DNA of 64,000 bases from contig JAIOOV010000004.1 in assembly GCA_021414235.1 (NCBI GenBank), positions 190,456 through 254,455 of the forward strand, read 5' to 3'. This DNA comes from Candidatus Parcubacteria bacterium (GTDB lineage: Bacteria; Patescibacteriota; Minisyncoccia; Phycocordibacterales; JAKFXT01). The notes beneath the pieces are model-generated. The model was not told the origin of the DNA. It did no database searches and saw only the letters and a program-made list of their open reading frames with translations. Below, one piece after another: positions 1-8,889 of this stretch; position 1 is the first letter of the stretch; the number at the start of each line of letters is the position of its first letter. The translations under genes were made by a program, and so were the position numbers.

Positions 1-35
1 CGGGGAGGAGGCCGGGCCTGTAGTATAATTTTTTA

Positions 36-2234
36 ATGCGTGCGCGCTTTTTCGTAAGGGTATTACTTTGCGCCTTTTTGTTGGCAATCTCCGTGGGTCC
101 GGGACGCGCGATTGCGGCGGCAGATCCCATCATGTGGCTCAAGTTCGATGATGGATCCGGTACTACGCCTCAGGATAGCGGAGCTAACAATATCGACGGC
201 TCTTTTACGGCGACCGAGCCTACTTGGACGAACAACGTGCCCAGCGTGTCTTTTGACAATCCTTACGCGCTCTCTTTTACGGGCTCGGGCGATGCCGTGA
301 ACGTGTCCTGGCCCGTGGGACGGAACTTCGCGGCGACAGATCCGAGAAGCTTCTCTTTTTGGTACAAGCCGACAGCTAATGGCGAAGGGTCTTATTCACG
401 CATCATCAGCTGGAGCAGCGATAAGCTGGAGATCGCCGGTACGGAGGCGGGACCCACCACCCACAAGATCACTTATTTCGATGGTAACTGGCACGCCACC
501 GATATCACGCTCAGCCTTGGTACTTGGTATCACGTTACCTTCACCTACGATGGCACCACTGCGAAGTTCTATATCGGGAATGAGTTGCAGGATGAGCACT
601 CTCTCGCGGGCCGTGACCTCAGCGGCACACTGCGTATCGGCAACCGCGTGCAGCAGCTTGATGAGGGTATCAATGGATATATAGATGATGTGCGCGTCTA
701 CGATTACGCGCTGAATTCTACGCAGGTCGGCAACCTCTCCTCCGGCTCGAGCAACCCCGATGCCGCTCCGGATGCCACGAGCCCCAGTGTGGAGATAACC
801 GTGCCCGCGAGCGCGGCCACCATCGGGGGGAGCGCGGTGACTCTCACTGCTAGCTCCTCGGACAATGTCCTGGTATCTGGCGTGAAGTTCTACTATGACA
901 GCACGAATCAGATAGGGAGCGAGATCACTGCCACCACCTCGGTGAATATCTATAATTCTACGTTCAATACCACTGCTCTCTCTGACGGCTCGCATACTCT
1001 CATCGCCGTGGCGCGGGACGCGGCTGGAAATCGCGCCACCTCCACCGCAGTGACGGTGACCGTGGATAATACGGGTCCCACCATTTCCGCGGTGGCAAGT
1101 TCCAGCATTACCAGCTCGGGAGGCACGCTGACCTGGACCACCAGTGAGGCGGCTTCCACAAAAGCGGTCTATTCCGCCGACTCGCTCTACGCCTCCTCCA
1201 CGACGGAGACGGATACCAGTACGCGGGTGACGAGCCATAGCAAGGCGATAAGTAGTCTGCTCTCCTGTACCCTCTACAACTACAAAGTCATCTCTGCTGA
1301 TACGGCGGGAAATTATGCCACCTCCACCGCGGGCACCTTTACTACGACAGGCTGTACGGGCGGCAGCGCGCCCTCTTCCTCCACTTCGACGGTGGTTACG
1401 GTAAGTTCGGCGGCCACCTCCACGGTCACGGATACCGGACGTACCATCACCGTCTCGACACCCGCCAACTTTACCTCCACCTCTTCTTCCGTGGTGATAC
1501 AGATAAAGGGTCTCTCTTCAAGCGCGGTACTCGATACCACCGGCAAGCCTTCTTCCAGCCTAAGCAGCGCGGCGAGCCTGGTGTTCAATGTGACCGCCCT
1601 CATCAACAACACCACGGAATTGGACTCCTTTGATACGGCAGTGACTGTCTCCTATACGTACACCGACGGTGACGTGAGCAGTCTCGATGAGAGCACGCTC
1701 AAGATGTACCACTACAAGAACAGCACGTGGTCGGAGCTTGATTCCTGCTCCGTAAATACCGGCACGAACACCATCACCTGTACCGCGCCGCACTTTTCCA
1801 TCTTCGCCATATTCGGAACATCACAATCCTCTTCGAGTAGTAGCTCCACCACGCATACTGGTGTTGTTATCGGCTGTACGGATCGTGCAGCTCTCAATTT
1901 TTCCCCTTACGCTTTCGGAGTGAATACCGCGCTTTGCCAGTACGCGCGCCAGGCGGCGGCTGTTTCCACGGCTGCTCCTCTTCCGCCAGCATTCACGCGC
2001 GACCTGCGGAGGGGGATGTCAGGAGAAGACGTAAAACGCTTGCAGCAGTGGCTCAACGCGAGGGGGCATGTCGTATCGAAGAGCGGCCCTGGAAGTAGGG
2101 GGAAGGAGACTGCGTATTTTGGATCCGCTACGGCAAAAGCCCTCGCGGCTTTCCAGAAGAAGAGTAAGATCAAACCGTCCTCTGGCTACTTCGGCCCAGT
2201 AACTCGCGGTATTGTGGCTGGTTCGATGCGATGA
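36..2234 (+). CDS. Secreted surface protein: N-terminal LamG/ConA-like lectin domain, Ig-like repeat region, C-terminal peptidoglycan-binding (PG_binding_1) module
   Basis: Signal peptide (MRARFFVRVLLCAFLLAISVGPGRA). LamG-like motifs (GTLRIGNR...IDDVRVYDYAL). Thr/Ser-rich Ig-like repeats. C-terminal LRRGMSGEDVKRLQQWLNARGHVV...GYFGPVTRGIV matches the PG_binding_1 pattern. A -10 TATAAT at 20-25 lies immediately before the ATG (leaderless-like). Confidence 0.6.
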   Translation: MRARFFVRVLLCAFLLAISVGPGRAIAAADPIMWLKFDDGSGTTPQDSGANNIDGSFTATEPTWTNNVPSVSFDNPYALSFTGSGDAVNVSWPVGRNFAATDPRSFSFWYKPTANGEGSYSRIISWSSDKLEIAGTEAGPTTHKITYFDGNWHATDITLSLGTWYHVTFTYDGTTAKFYIGNELQDEHSLAGRDLSGTLRIGNRVQQLDEGINGYIDDVRVYDYALNSTQVGNLSSGSSNPDAAPDATSPSVEITVPASAATIGGSAVTLTASSSDNVLVSGVKFYYDSTNQIGSEITATTSVNIYNSTFNTTALSDGSHTLIAVARDAAGNRATSTAVTVTVDNTGPTISAVASSSITSSGGTLTWTTSEAASTKAVYSADSLYASSTTETDTSTRVTSHSKAISSLLSCTLYNYKVISADTAGNYATSTAGTFTTTGCTGGSAPSSSTSTVVTVSSAATSTVTDTGRTITVSTPANFTSTSSSVVIQIKGLSSSAVLDTTGKPSSSLSSAASLVFNVTALINNTTELDSFDTAVTVSYTYTDGDVSSLDESTLKMYHYKNSTWSELDSCSVNTGTNTITCTAPHFSIFAIFGTSQSSSSSSSTTHTGVVIGCTDRAALNFSPYAFGVNTALCQYARQAAAVSTAAPLPPAFTRDLRRGMSGEDVKRLQQWLNARGHVVSKSGPGSRGKETAYFGSATAKALAAFQKKSKIKPSSGYFGPVTRGIVAGSMR

Positions 2235-2314
2235 GCTTTGCCCCTCAATCCCACGCTTTAGTATCAATAGCCTGGTTGCTTGTGACTAATAATAGTAGGT
2301 AGTACCATTCAGGT

Positions 2315-2710
2315 ATGAAAAAACTCCTTGTCTCCGGTGTCCTAGTAATAGGTCTTTTGTTTTTGAATATCCCCGTGTCGGCCGAGGCCGCCGTGTGGGT
2401 GGATGGCTACTACAAGAGCAATGGAACGTATGTCAGCGGCTATTACCGAAGCGAGCCGAATGGCTTGAAGTATGACAACTATAGCTGGACGGAGGGGGAC
2501 GATTTGTACAACGATAGCTATTACGATACGAGCTACGATTCCTACTGGTATACACCGAGCTATACCTGGGATTCCGATTATTACACTGGCTATAATTACA
2601 ACAATTATTATCTGGATTCTGATTTCAGTAATCCTTACGCCGATAGCTGGTATTCTGACTCCTACTCGGATTCATATGACTGGTACGATTCTTCATACGA
2701 TTGGTATTAA
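2315..2710 (+). CDS. Small secreted Tyr/Asp/Ser-rich low-complexity protein
   Basis: Signal peptide MKKLLVSGVLVIGLLFLNIPVSAEA. The C-terminal 80 aa are dominated by Y, D and S (…SYDSYWYTPSYTWDSDYYTGYNYNNYYLDSDF…SYDWYDSSYDWY). Confidence 0.5.
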   Translation: MKKLLVSGVLVIGLLFLNIPVSAEAAVWVDGYYKSNGTYVSGYYRSEPNGLKYDNYSWTEGDDLYNDSYYDTSYDSYWYTPSYTWDSDYYTGYNYNNYYLDSDFSNPYADSWYSDSYSDSYDWYDSSYDWY

Positions 2711-2749
2711 GCCGCCTTACCAGCACCATCGTTCGCTAATCCTCTTTTC

Positions 2750-3493
2750 ATGAATTTCAAAGGCCTCATCGATTACGCGCAGCCCATCGTCGCCGCAGCG
2801 ACCCTCTTTGCTCTCGCGCTCATGATCTCGGCGGGCTTCGGTGCATATACGGCGTATAAGATAAAAGTGGCAGGGAATACCATTGAGGTCACTGGCTCTG
2901 CACGCGAATCAGTGGTGGCTGATTTCGGACGCTGGAATATAAACCTGGATACCAAGACAGCTATAAACGATCAGCAGGCAGGCTTCGACCGCTTGGAGAG
3001 AGCGACCGCCACTATCCTGGCGTACCTCAAAGAGCAGGGCTTCACCGAGGTGGAGACGCCTGCGCCGAACGCCTCTCCCGACTACTACTATCAGCAGAAC
3101 TCTCCGCCAGTGCTCACTGGACATGTCGTCTCGCGCCAGATCATGGTGCGTAGCGCGGAGATAGATAAGATCGCGGCGCTCGCAGGAAACATCACGCCCC
3201 TCTCGGGCTCCGGATACAACGTATCTACCGGCGGCATCGAGCTTACCTATCAGAAACTTCCGGAGAAGCGCGTCTCATTGCTCGCAGGTGCCATCAAGGA
3301 TGCTAAGGCACGCGCAGAGGCTATCGCTAAGGAGAGCGGGATGTCTGTGGGTGCGCTGCGCTCGGCTACTGGCGGCGTGGTACAGGTTCTGCCGCAGGGT
3401 GGGGTAGAGATCAGCGACTACGGCTCATATGACACGCAGAGCAAGAACAAGGATGTCATGGTGACGGTGCGCGCGAGCTTCCTGATCGAATAA
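2750..3493 (+). CDS. SIMPL/DUF541-family periplasmic protein (membrane-anchored)
   Basis: N-terminal TM helix then SIMPL-like pattern (TIEVTGSARESVVADFGRWNINLDT…KDAKARAEAIAKESGMSVGAL…GGVVQV). Family call from memory. Confidence 0.5.
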   Translation: MNFKGLIDYAQPIVAAATLFALALMISAGFGAYTAYKIKVAGNTIEVTGSARESVVADFGRWNINLDTKTAINDQQAGFDRLERATATILAYLKEQGFTEVETPAPNASPDYYYQQNSPPVLTGHVVSRQIMVRSAEIDKIAALAGNITPLSGSGYNVSTGGIELTYQKLPEKRVSLLAGAIKDAKARAEAIAKESGMSVGALRSATGGVVQVLPQGGVEISDYGSYDTQSKNKDVMVTVRASFLIE

Positions 3494-3498
3494 GCGGC

Positions 3499-4422
3499 AT
3501 GCGCCAGGCCGTCCTCTGGATCGTCGGCGCCAGCATCCTCCTTGGCGGCTATGCCTATTGGGGTAATCGTGGAGGAGAGACGCTCTTCCCTCAAGGTGTC
3601 TCGACATCGGGTGGTGCTACCGACATCCTGTTTGTCGGCGACATGAACTTTGACCGCTATATCCGGCAGGTGGCTAGGGTACGCGGCTTTGAATATCTGT
3701 TTTCCTGTATCGATCCGCTATTGAAAGAAGCCGATCTTGTCGTGGGGAACCTGGAGGGTCCGATCACGGACCATCCGTCCGTAAGCGAGGGGACTGAGGC
3801 GGGGACTCCGGATAACTATCGATTCACCTTTCCTGCTTCGACGGCCCGCCTCTTGGCGGAGCATAACGTCGGGCTGGTCAATATAGGGAACAATCATATC
3901 GGCGATTTCGGACAGAGCGGCATAGCTTCTACTAAAAAATATTTGACCGAAGCCGGGGTCTCTTACTTTGGTGGTCGCTCTGGTGATACGCATGTATATC
4001 GCACGGCGATCAACGGAATTCAGCTGTCTTTCGTAAGCTACAATCAGTTCGGGGGAGACTCGGCGGGAAAAGTAGCCAAGCTCATCTCAGGCGAGCGCGC
4101 CGAGGAGAGGGTGGTGATCGTCTACACCCATTGGGGAGAAGAGTACGTCGAGCCCACGGATCGGATGCGGAACACCGCCAAGCTCTTCGCGGAGAGCGGA
4201 GCGGATCTCATCATCGGCTCGCACCCTCACATCGTTCAATCACAGGAGGTGATAGGAGACACTCGCGTCTACTATTCTCTGGGAAATTTCATATTCGATC
4301 AGTATTGGAACGAATCGGTCAGGAGGGGTCTCGCCGTCCTAGCGCATATCTCCGAGGATGGGATCAGCTTTGAGGAGAAGCCTGTTATTTTGAAACCTGA
4401 TGGTAGGACGTGTCCGTTGTAA
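3499..4422 (+). CDS. CapA/PgsA-like metallophosphatase (poly-gamma-glutamate capsule synthesis family)
   Basis: Motifs VGNLEGPITD, NIGNNHIGDFG, THWGEEY, GADLIIGSHPHIVQ and LGNFIFDQ are typical of the CapA/YwtB metallophosphoesterase family. N-terminal TM anchor. Confidence 0.65.
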   Translation: MRQAVLWIVGASILLGGYAYWGNRGGETLFPQGVSTSGGATDILFVGDMNFDRYIRQVARVRGFEYLFSCIDPLLKEADLVVGNLEGPITDHPSVSEGTEAGTPDNYRFTFPASTARLLAEHNVGLVNIGNNHIGDFGQSGIASTKKYLTEAGVSYFGGRSGDTHVYRTAINGIQLSFVSYNQFGGDSAGKVAKLISGERAEERVVIVYTHWGEEYVEPTDRMRNTAKLFAESGADLIIGSHPHIVQSQEVIGDTRVYYSLGNFIFDQYWNESVRRGLAVLAHISEDGISFEEKPVILKPDGRTCPL

Positions 4423-4468
4423 GGGTTCGGGGTACCAGAGACATTCCTTGCTCTGCTACAGTATCCGT

Positions 4469-4861
4469 ATGATCAAAGTAATCTCAATAATCATCGCAGT
4501 CCTCATTATCCTTGTCGGTGGTTTCTATTACCTCAACAACTACATCTACCAAGAGAAGCAGGCGGACGAATCGTTCTTCAATCTCGGCGTCTACGGCTAT
4601 CGCTGCGGGGACGGCACGGAGTTCACTATGTCGCCGGCCTCCGATATGGGGCAGATACTCCTCACTCCGGCAACGAGCGTGGAGCGCATCCCCAAGGTCA
4701 TCCTTACAAAAGCTGCGAGTGCAACCGGCGCTCGCTACGAGGGGGACGGTCTCGTCTTTTATGCTCATGGAGAAAGAGTGGAACTGAGCTCGAGTGAATT
4801 CACCACTACCTGCATCCCTATGCAGGTTCCGGCGGAAGCACCGTTCAATTTCGGAGACTAA
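4469..4861 (+). CDS. Membrane-anchored MliC-like (lysozyme-inhibitor-like) small protein
   Basis: TM anchor MIKVISIIIAVLIILVGGFYYL. C-terminal SATGARYEGDGLVFYAHGERVEL resembles the MliC SGA-x-Y...G core. Start chosen at the internal ATG after the long ORF-track extension. Confidence 0.35.
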   Translation: MIKVISIIIAVLIILVGGFYYLNNYIYQEKQADESFFNLGVYGYRCGDGTEFTMSPASDMGQILLTPATSVERIPKVILTKAASATGARYEGDGLVFYAHGERVELSSSEFTTTCIPMQVPAEAPFNFGD

Positions 4862-4939
4862 TCGCTTGCGCGATTTAAGGGGCGTCTGCTAGCGATAAAG
4901 ATATCGTACCTAAAAACCTTTCGGTTATACTCTTCCTAT

Positions 4940-5107
4940 ATGCAAAAGATAAAAGTAGAAAATCACGCGTTCTCGGGAGGCCTCTGGGCTATCGGCTGGC
5001 TCTTCACCATCGGCTACCTCAAGCTGGCGTTCTTCTGGCAGGGCGTGCTCGCTCTGGTGCTCTGGCCCTACTACCTCGGTGTCTTCTTCAGCACCATCGT
5101 GCGCTAA
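4940..5107 (+). CDS. 56-aa small hydrophobic membrane protein (not in ORF track, <60 aa)
   Basis: ATG 4940 to TAA 5107 encodes MQKIKVENHAFSGGLWAIGWLFTIGYLKLAFFWQGVLALVLWPYYLGVFFSTIVR. A -10-like TTATACT lies 9 nt upstream. Confidence 0.25.
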   Translation: MQKIKVENHAFSGGLWAIGWLFTIGYLKLAFFWQGVLALVLWPYYLGVFFSTIVR

Positions 5108-5112
5108 CCCAT

Positions 5113-5439
5113 ATGAATACTTCCATACTCATCACCACTACTGAATCCGTAGCTGGGAGAGAGGTGTCCCAGGTCCTCGGTCTGGTGAAGGGGAATACTA
5201 TCCAGACTCGCCATATCGGCAGCGATATCGTCTCGGGCCTCAAGTCCATCGTGGGAGGCGAGATCAAAGGCTACGTGAAAGCGATGAATATCGCACGCGA
5301 AGAGGCTACTACCCGTATGCTGGAAGAGGCTCGCGCACTCGGGGCGGATGCGATTATCTGCACCCGCTACTCCACTTCTCAGGTGATGACTGGTGGCGCT
5401 GAGATCCTGGCATATGGGACGGCCGTGAAGCTGCGCTAA
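5113..5439 (+). CDS. ybjQ: YbjQ/UPF0145 family protein
   Basis: 108 aa. The pattern ESVAGREV…GLVKGNTIQTRHIGSDI…GGEIKGY…ARE.A..RM..EA.ALGADAII is typical of DUF74/YbjQ. Confidence 0.7.
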   Translation: MNTSILITTTESVAGREVSQVLGLVKGNTIQTRHIGSDIVSGLKSIVGGEIKGYVKAMNIAREEATTRMLEEARALGADAIICTRYSTSQVMTGGAEILAYGTAVKLR

Positions 5440-5454
5440 GCAGAGGCGTGTGTG

Positions 5455-5492
5455 AAGAGCCTGGCATTGTCGCCAGGCTCTTCTTGTTTCCG
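5455..5492 (+). terminator. Rho-independent terminator after ybjQ
   Basis: 12-bp stem gaagagcctggc / gccaggctcttc with loop attgtc, followed by ttgtttcc. Confidence 0.5.
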
Positions 5493-5659
5493 GTCATAAA
5501 AAGATGCTTCAGGCGTCATTGCGACTGTGGCTGCTTCCTCCCATCTCTTCAAGATGCGCGTTTCCAGGTAGAATAGGGAATGAATGGTTCGGGAGTCTGC
5601 TTGTTGCTAAGAGAAGCTTGTAAACAAACATCCGTTTTTCCGTCCTAACCTAAGAGACA

Positions 5660-5965
5660 ATGAATGAAATCCTGCACGCGAATATCTTCTTCCTGATCAC
5701 GTCCATCGCGGTGATCGTCGTCGGTATCGGCCTCTCCATCGCTCTCTACTACGTGATCCTTATTCTGCGGGAATTCCGCGAGGTGGCCGAGAAGGTGCGC
5801 AAGGCGAGTGATGGATTGGAAGAGGATTTTCAAGACCTGAGGGCTGGCGTAAAGAGCGAGGGTAGGAAGGTTAAGAGCGCTTTTGACTTAGCTCTTGGAT
5901 TCATCCTGCAGCGCTTCGCTCGAGGGAAGCCCAAGAAGAAAGTAAAAGCTCCTAAGGAGGAGTGA
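5660..5965 (+). CDS. DUF948-like membrane-anchored coiled-coil protein
   Basis: N-terminal TM (IFFLITSIAVIVVGIGLSIALYYVIL) then a charged helical region. Commonly paired with YtxH-like genes. Confidence 0.45.
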   Translation: MNEILHANIFFLITSIAVIVVGIGLSIALYYVILILREFREVAEKVRKASDGLEEDFQDLRAGVKSEGRKVKSAFDLALGFILQRFARGKPKKKVKAPKEE

Positions 5966-5992
5966 GCAGAAATAGCTAACTATCCTAATCTC

Positions 5993-6424
5993 ATGGCAAA
6001 ATCAAAAACAGGAATCTCCGCAGGGGCTCTCGCGGGTGCAGGTACGGCAGCCGCCGCTGCTGTCGCGGGCGCTGCGGCATACTGGTTCTACGGAGCGAAG
6101 GGCGCCGCCACTCATCGCAAGAGCGCCGCGAGCTGGATGCAGAAAGCGCGCAAGGAAGCGCTCTCTGCGATCGAAGCTGCGGTCAAGAAGGCTGGTGACA
6201 TCGACAAGGATACCTACACCACTATCGCGCAGGGCATACTGAAGCGCTACTCCAGCGTGTCCGGGGCTACGGCTGCGGAAGTGAAAGAGCTTACTCGGGA
6301 GATGAAGGAGGTCTGGAATCATATGCAGAAGGCGCGCAAGAGCCGTGTAGTAAAGGTGGTCAAGAAAGTCGTGAAGAAGGTAGTGAAAAAAGCAAAGAAG
6401 GCCGCCAAGAAGTCTCGCTCCTAA
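5993..6424 (+). CDS. YtxH-like protein with Lys-rich C-terminal tail
   Basis: N-terminus GISAGALAGAGTAAAAAVAGAAAYWFYGAKGAA…RK is YtxH-like. The tail is KVVKKVVKKVVKKAKKAAKKSRS. Confidence 0.45.
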   Translation: MAKSKTGISAGALAGAGTAAAAAVAGAAAYWFYGAKGAATHRKSAASWMQKARKEALSAIEAAVKKAGDIDKDTYTTIAQGILKRYSSVSGATAAEVKELTREMKEVWNHMQKARKSRVVKVVKKVVKKVVKKAKKAAKKSRS

Positions 6425-6436
6425 ATCACTTTGAAG

Positions 6437-6469
6437 AAATAACCCTCTCGCCAAGCGAGAGGGTTATTT
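6437..6469. terminator. Bidirectional terminator between convergent genes
   Basis: 15-bp stem aaataaccctctcgc / gcgagagggttattt with loop caa, flanked by A and T tracts. Overlaps the stop of the minus-strand gene. Confidence 0.5.
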
Positions 6470-7627
6470 CAACGTCAGGAACATATTTATGTAATGCGTC
6501 GCGAGTCCGCCGTAGCTTTTCTCCTTTTCGAAGGCTTTCTCGATGAGTCCTGTCTGCTCGTCGTAGTATTCACGGGAAGTGCCATGGAAGGTGACGTGGG
6601 GGGCGAGGTCGTCTCCGGTCTCCTGAGCGATGACCACTTTGGTCTGAAAGGGGGCGGCTGCGCTCACTTCGTCCTTGGAGATATCTACGGAACCGTTCTC
6701 GCCGAGCGCGACTCTGCGATACGCCATGATGATGATCGTGCTCCCTGGTCTCTGTTCCAGAGCGTTCAATAGATGGTCGTATGTGTAGCCGTAGCGCAGC
6801 CCGTGGAGGAACTTCGGGGTCAGCTCTCCTCCGCCGTCATAAAATTCCGGGATGACCACGGAGAGCTCCAGATCGCTCTCCTCCATCTCTCTCACGACTT
6901 TGTTCATCAAGCTGACAAAGTTGCGCAAGACGCTCTTCTTGTCCGCTTCGTAGGAAGGGAGCATGTACGGCTCGATGTCGTACTGGAAGCCACGCAGCTT
7001 ATCCTCATGGGTCCGATTGTATTCCATCGCATAGCGGAGTACGGCGAAGGCTTTGTACTCATGTCCTCTCTCTGCCCAGTTGCGCCAGCCTGCTTCGGCG
7101 TCCACGCTGAGCCCTGCCTTGTGTGCGTCTCTGATGAAGGCCTGTAAGGCATCGTCGTAGGCTTGTTCTTTGATTTCCTTCTCAGCGCCTTCTTCCATAG
7201 CGAAGATATCCAAGTAGGAATCAATGGAGAGGTAGATGGTGCGGATACCGTTCTCCTTTGCACCTTTGATGATAGATTCCCGATACTCCGGAGTGATATC
7301 GAGGAGGGGAGTCCACAGCCAGGTGCCGCGCTCTACCGGCTTAGCCCCTATCTCCGATCTCTGTCTCTGTAATGAACTGAGGACGCTGGTGAGGAGGTTT
7401 TCCCGGGGGAGCGCGATGCTGTTTCGGAAACGCGGGTCGGAGATGACTGCGTTCGCAGTGATGTTCCGGTCGGAGTATTGGCTTGGATAGTGATCAGGAC
7501 CCGCTGCTGCGCGGGCGCTGAGCGCTTCGTGCGCCGGTGGGTTCAGGAAATATATACCCGCGAGCATCCCTAAGAGCAGGAGAGAGAGGAGTGCGGCATT
7601 CCTGGCCGCAGTGTGCCGCTTTTTCAT
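6464..7627 (-). CDS. Secreted/membrane-anchored putative glycoside-hydrolase-like TIM-barrel protein (DUF4015-like)
   Basis: N-terminal TM/signal (AARNAALLSLLLLGMLAGIYFL). WLWTPLLDITPEYRESIIKGAKENGIRTIYLSIDSYLDI resembles the GH-like DUF4015 family. Weak call. Confidence 0.35.
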   Translation of the reverse strand: MKKRHTAARNAALLSLLLLGMLAGIYFLNPPAHEALSARAAAGPDHYPSQYSDRNITANAVISDPRFRNSIALPRENLLTSVLSSLQRQRSEIGAKPVERGTWLWTPLLDITPEYRESIIKGAKENGIRTIYLSIDSYLDIFAMEEGAEKEIKEQAYDDALQAFIRDAHKAGLSVDAEAGWRNWAERGHEYKAFAVLRYAMEYNRTHEDKLRGFQYDIEPYMLPSYEADKKSVLRNFVSLMNKVVREMEESDLELSVVIPEFYDGGGELTPKFLHGLRYGYTYDHLLNALEQRPGSTIIIMAYRRVALGENGSVDISKDEVSAAAPFQTKVVIAQETGDDLAPHVTFHGTSREYYDEQTGLIEKAFEKEKSYGGLATHYINMFLTLK

Positions 7628-7701
7628 TGGCTTAATTGTAGCCTGTTTTGAGTTGTTTTGTTACAGAGGTGTTGCCACCCAAACGTTGATATAATCGGTA
7701 T

Positions 7702-8178
7702 ATGAGTGAAAAATTTGGAGGTGGAGGACCGGAAAAGTCCAGGTCTCCAGAAGGGGAAGAATTGGGTACCTTGATGGAAATCTACTCTGAGGATATTAAA
7801 ACGTTCAGAGTGGCGGCGATTGAATTCAAAAAACTACATGATCTGGAGAGACTTCGTTCTATCACAGAAATTTCACCGGAACTGTATGCTCTCTTTACGG
7901 ATTACCCTTTAATAACATTTATAAGACTTGGGGGAATATCCCAGGAAGCGATGGGAAGGGCCGAGAAGGAACTTACTCAAGACGAGTGTGAAAACTACAA
8001 GTTAAGGGTGGCTGCCATGATAGATATTGTTAAGGTTACCTCTGTGTTGCAGGCGATCGAGCATAGTCTTCCGAGAGAGCGGTGGTTGATATTATGGAAT
8101 GGTCTCTTGAAAAATGAATATCTACCTATTTCCATGGCGATAGGCTTAATAAACGGCGGTAAGATTCGACACGAGTAA
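7702..8178 (+). CDS. Hypothetical protein in AT-rich block
   Basis: 158-aa ORF with no recognisable family. Local GC (~40%) is well below the window average. Confidence 0.4.
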   Translation: MSEKFGGGGPEKSRSPEGEELGTLMEIYSEDIKTFRVAAIEFKKLHDLERLRSITEISPELYALFTDYPLITFIRLGGISQEAMGRAEKELTQDECENYKLRVAAMIDIVKVTSVLQAIEHSLPRERWLILWNGLLKNEYLPISMAIGLINGGKIRHE

Positions 8179-8234
8179 TTAAAAATCATAAGGCACATGT
8201 TCTTTTAATGAACGAGGTGCTAGGGTTTTAGGAT

Positions 8235-8609
8235 ATGACCAGGGAAAGAGCTATTGAATTGCTGAACACCTACGGTAAGGCTTGGGAAGAGCAGGATGAT
8301 GACCTTATCCTGACCGTCTTTACCGAGGATGCGACCTACGACGATCCTAAGGAGCCGAAGAATTTCGGACATGAAGAAATCCGGAACTATTGGATCACTA
8401 AGGTTCAGGGCGAGCAGAAGGATATACACTTTACGCTTCTAAATACGTGGGTTGATGGAGATACTGTCCTTGCCGAATGGAAAGCTAACTTCACGGACGT
8501 CCCTCGGAGTCTGCAAATAGAGATGCACGAGGTGGCCATCTTCTCTGTGCGCGATGACAAGTTTGCTTCGCTCCGCGAATACTACAAATCAGTAAAGACT
8601 CCGCTCTAG
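8235..8609 (+). CDS. SnoaL-like/NTF2-like (ketosteroid-isomerase-like) protein
   Basis: ELLNTYGKAWEEQDDDLILTVFTEDATYDDP is the typical N-terminus of SnoaL_2/NTF2-like proteins. Confidence 0.55.
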   Translation: MTRERAIELLNTYGKAWEEQDDDLILTVFTEDATYDDPKEPKNFGHEEIRNYWITKVQGEQKDIHFTLLNTWVDGDTVLAEWKANFTDVPRSLQIEMHEVAIFSVRDDKFASLREYYKSVKTPL

Positions 8610-8612
8610 GAG

Positions 8613-8861
8613 ATGTATTACGTATATATCCTCGAGTGTGCCGACGGCAGCCTCTACACGGGCATCACCACTGACGTGGAGCGGAGATTCGAGGAGCATA
8701 AAGCTGGAACCGGCGGACATTACACCCGTTCAAGATCGGTGACTGAGATTGTCTACACAGAGAAGCAGCCCGATCGCAGCTCTGCTTCCAAGCGCGAAGC
8801 CGAGATCAAGCGGCTGCCGAAAGCCAAGAAGCTCCTGCTCATCAAACAAAGAGCCAAATGA
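8613..8861 (+). CDS. GIY-YIG nuclease-domain protein (UPF0213 family)
   Basis: MYYVYILECADGSLYTGITTDVERRFEEHKAG contains the GIY…YIG motif and catalytic R/E. Confidence 0.65.
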   Translation: MYYVYILECADGSLYTGITTDVERRFEEHKAGTGGHYTRSRSVTEIVYTEKQPDRSSASKREAEIKRLPKAKKLLLIKQRAK

Positions 8862-8889
8862 GGCCATTTTGTGCTAGTATGCGGATTCC

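Noticed and set aside
396-1238. 280-aa minus-strand ORF inside gene 36-2234 and similar long antisense ORFs (47733-48755 in ftsZ, 53591-54664 in rpsA, 58654-59650 in gyrA, 41584-42344 and 42358-43101 in/near tsaD, 8842-9873 in the ABC-F gene, 28088-28762 in the O-antigen-ligase gene)
   Set aside because: Arg/Gly/His-rich or otherwise low-information translations lying antisense to well-supported conserved genes. They are typical GC-rich antisense artefacts.
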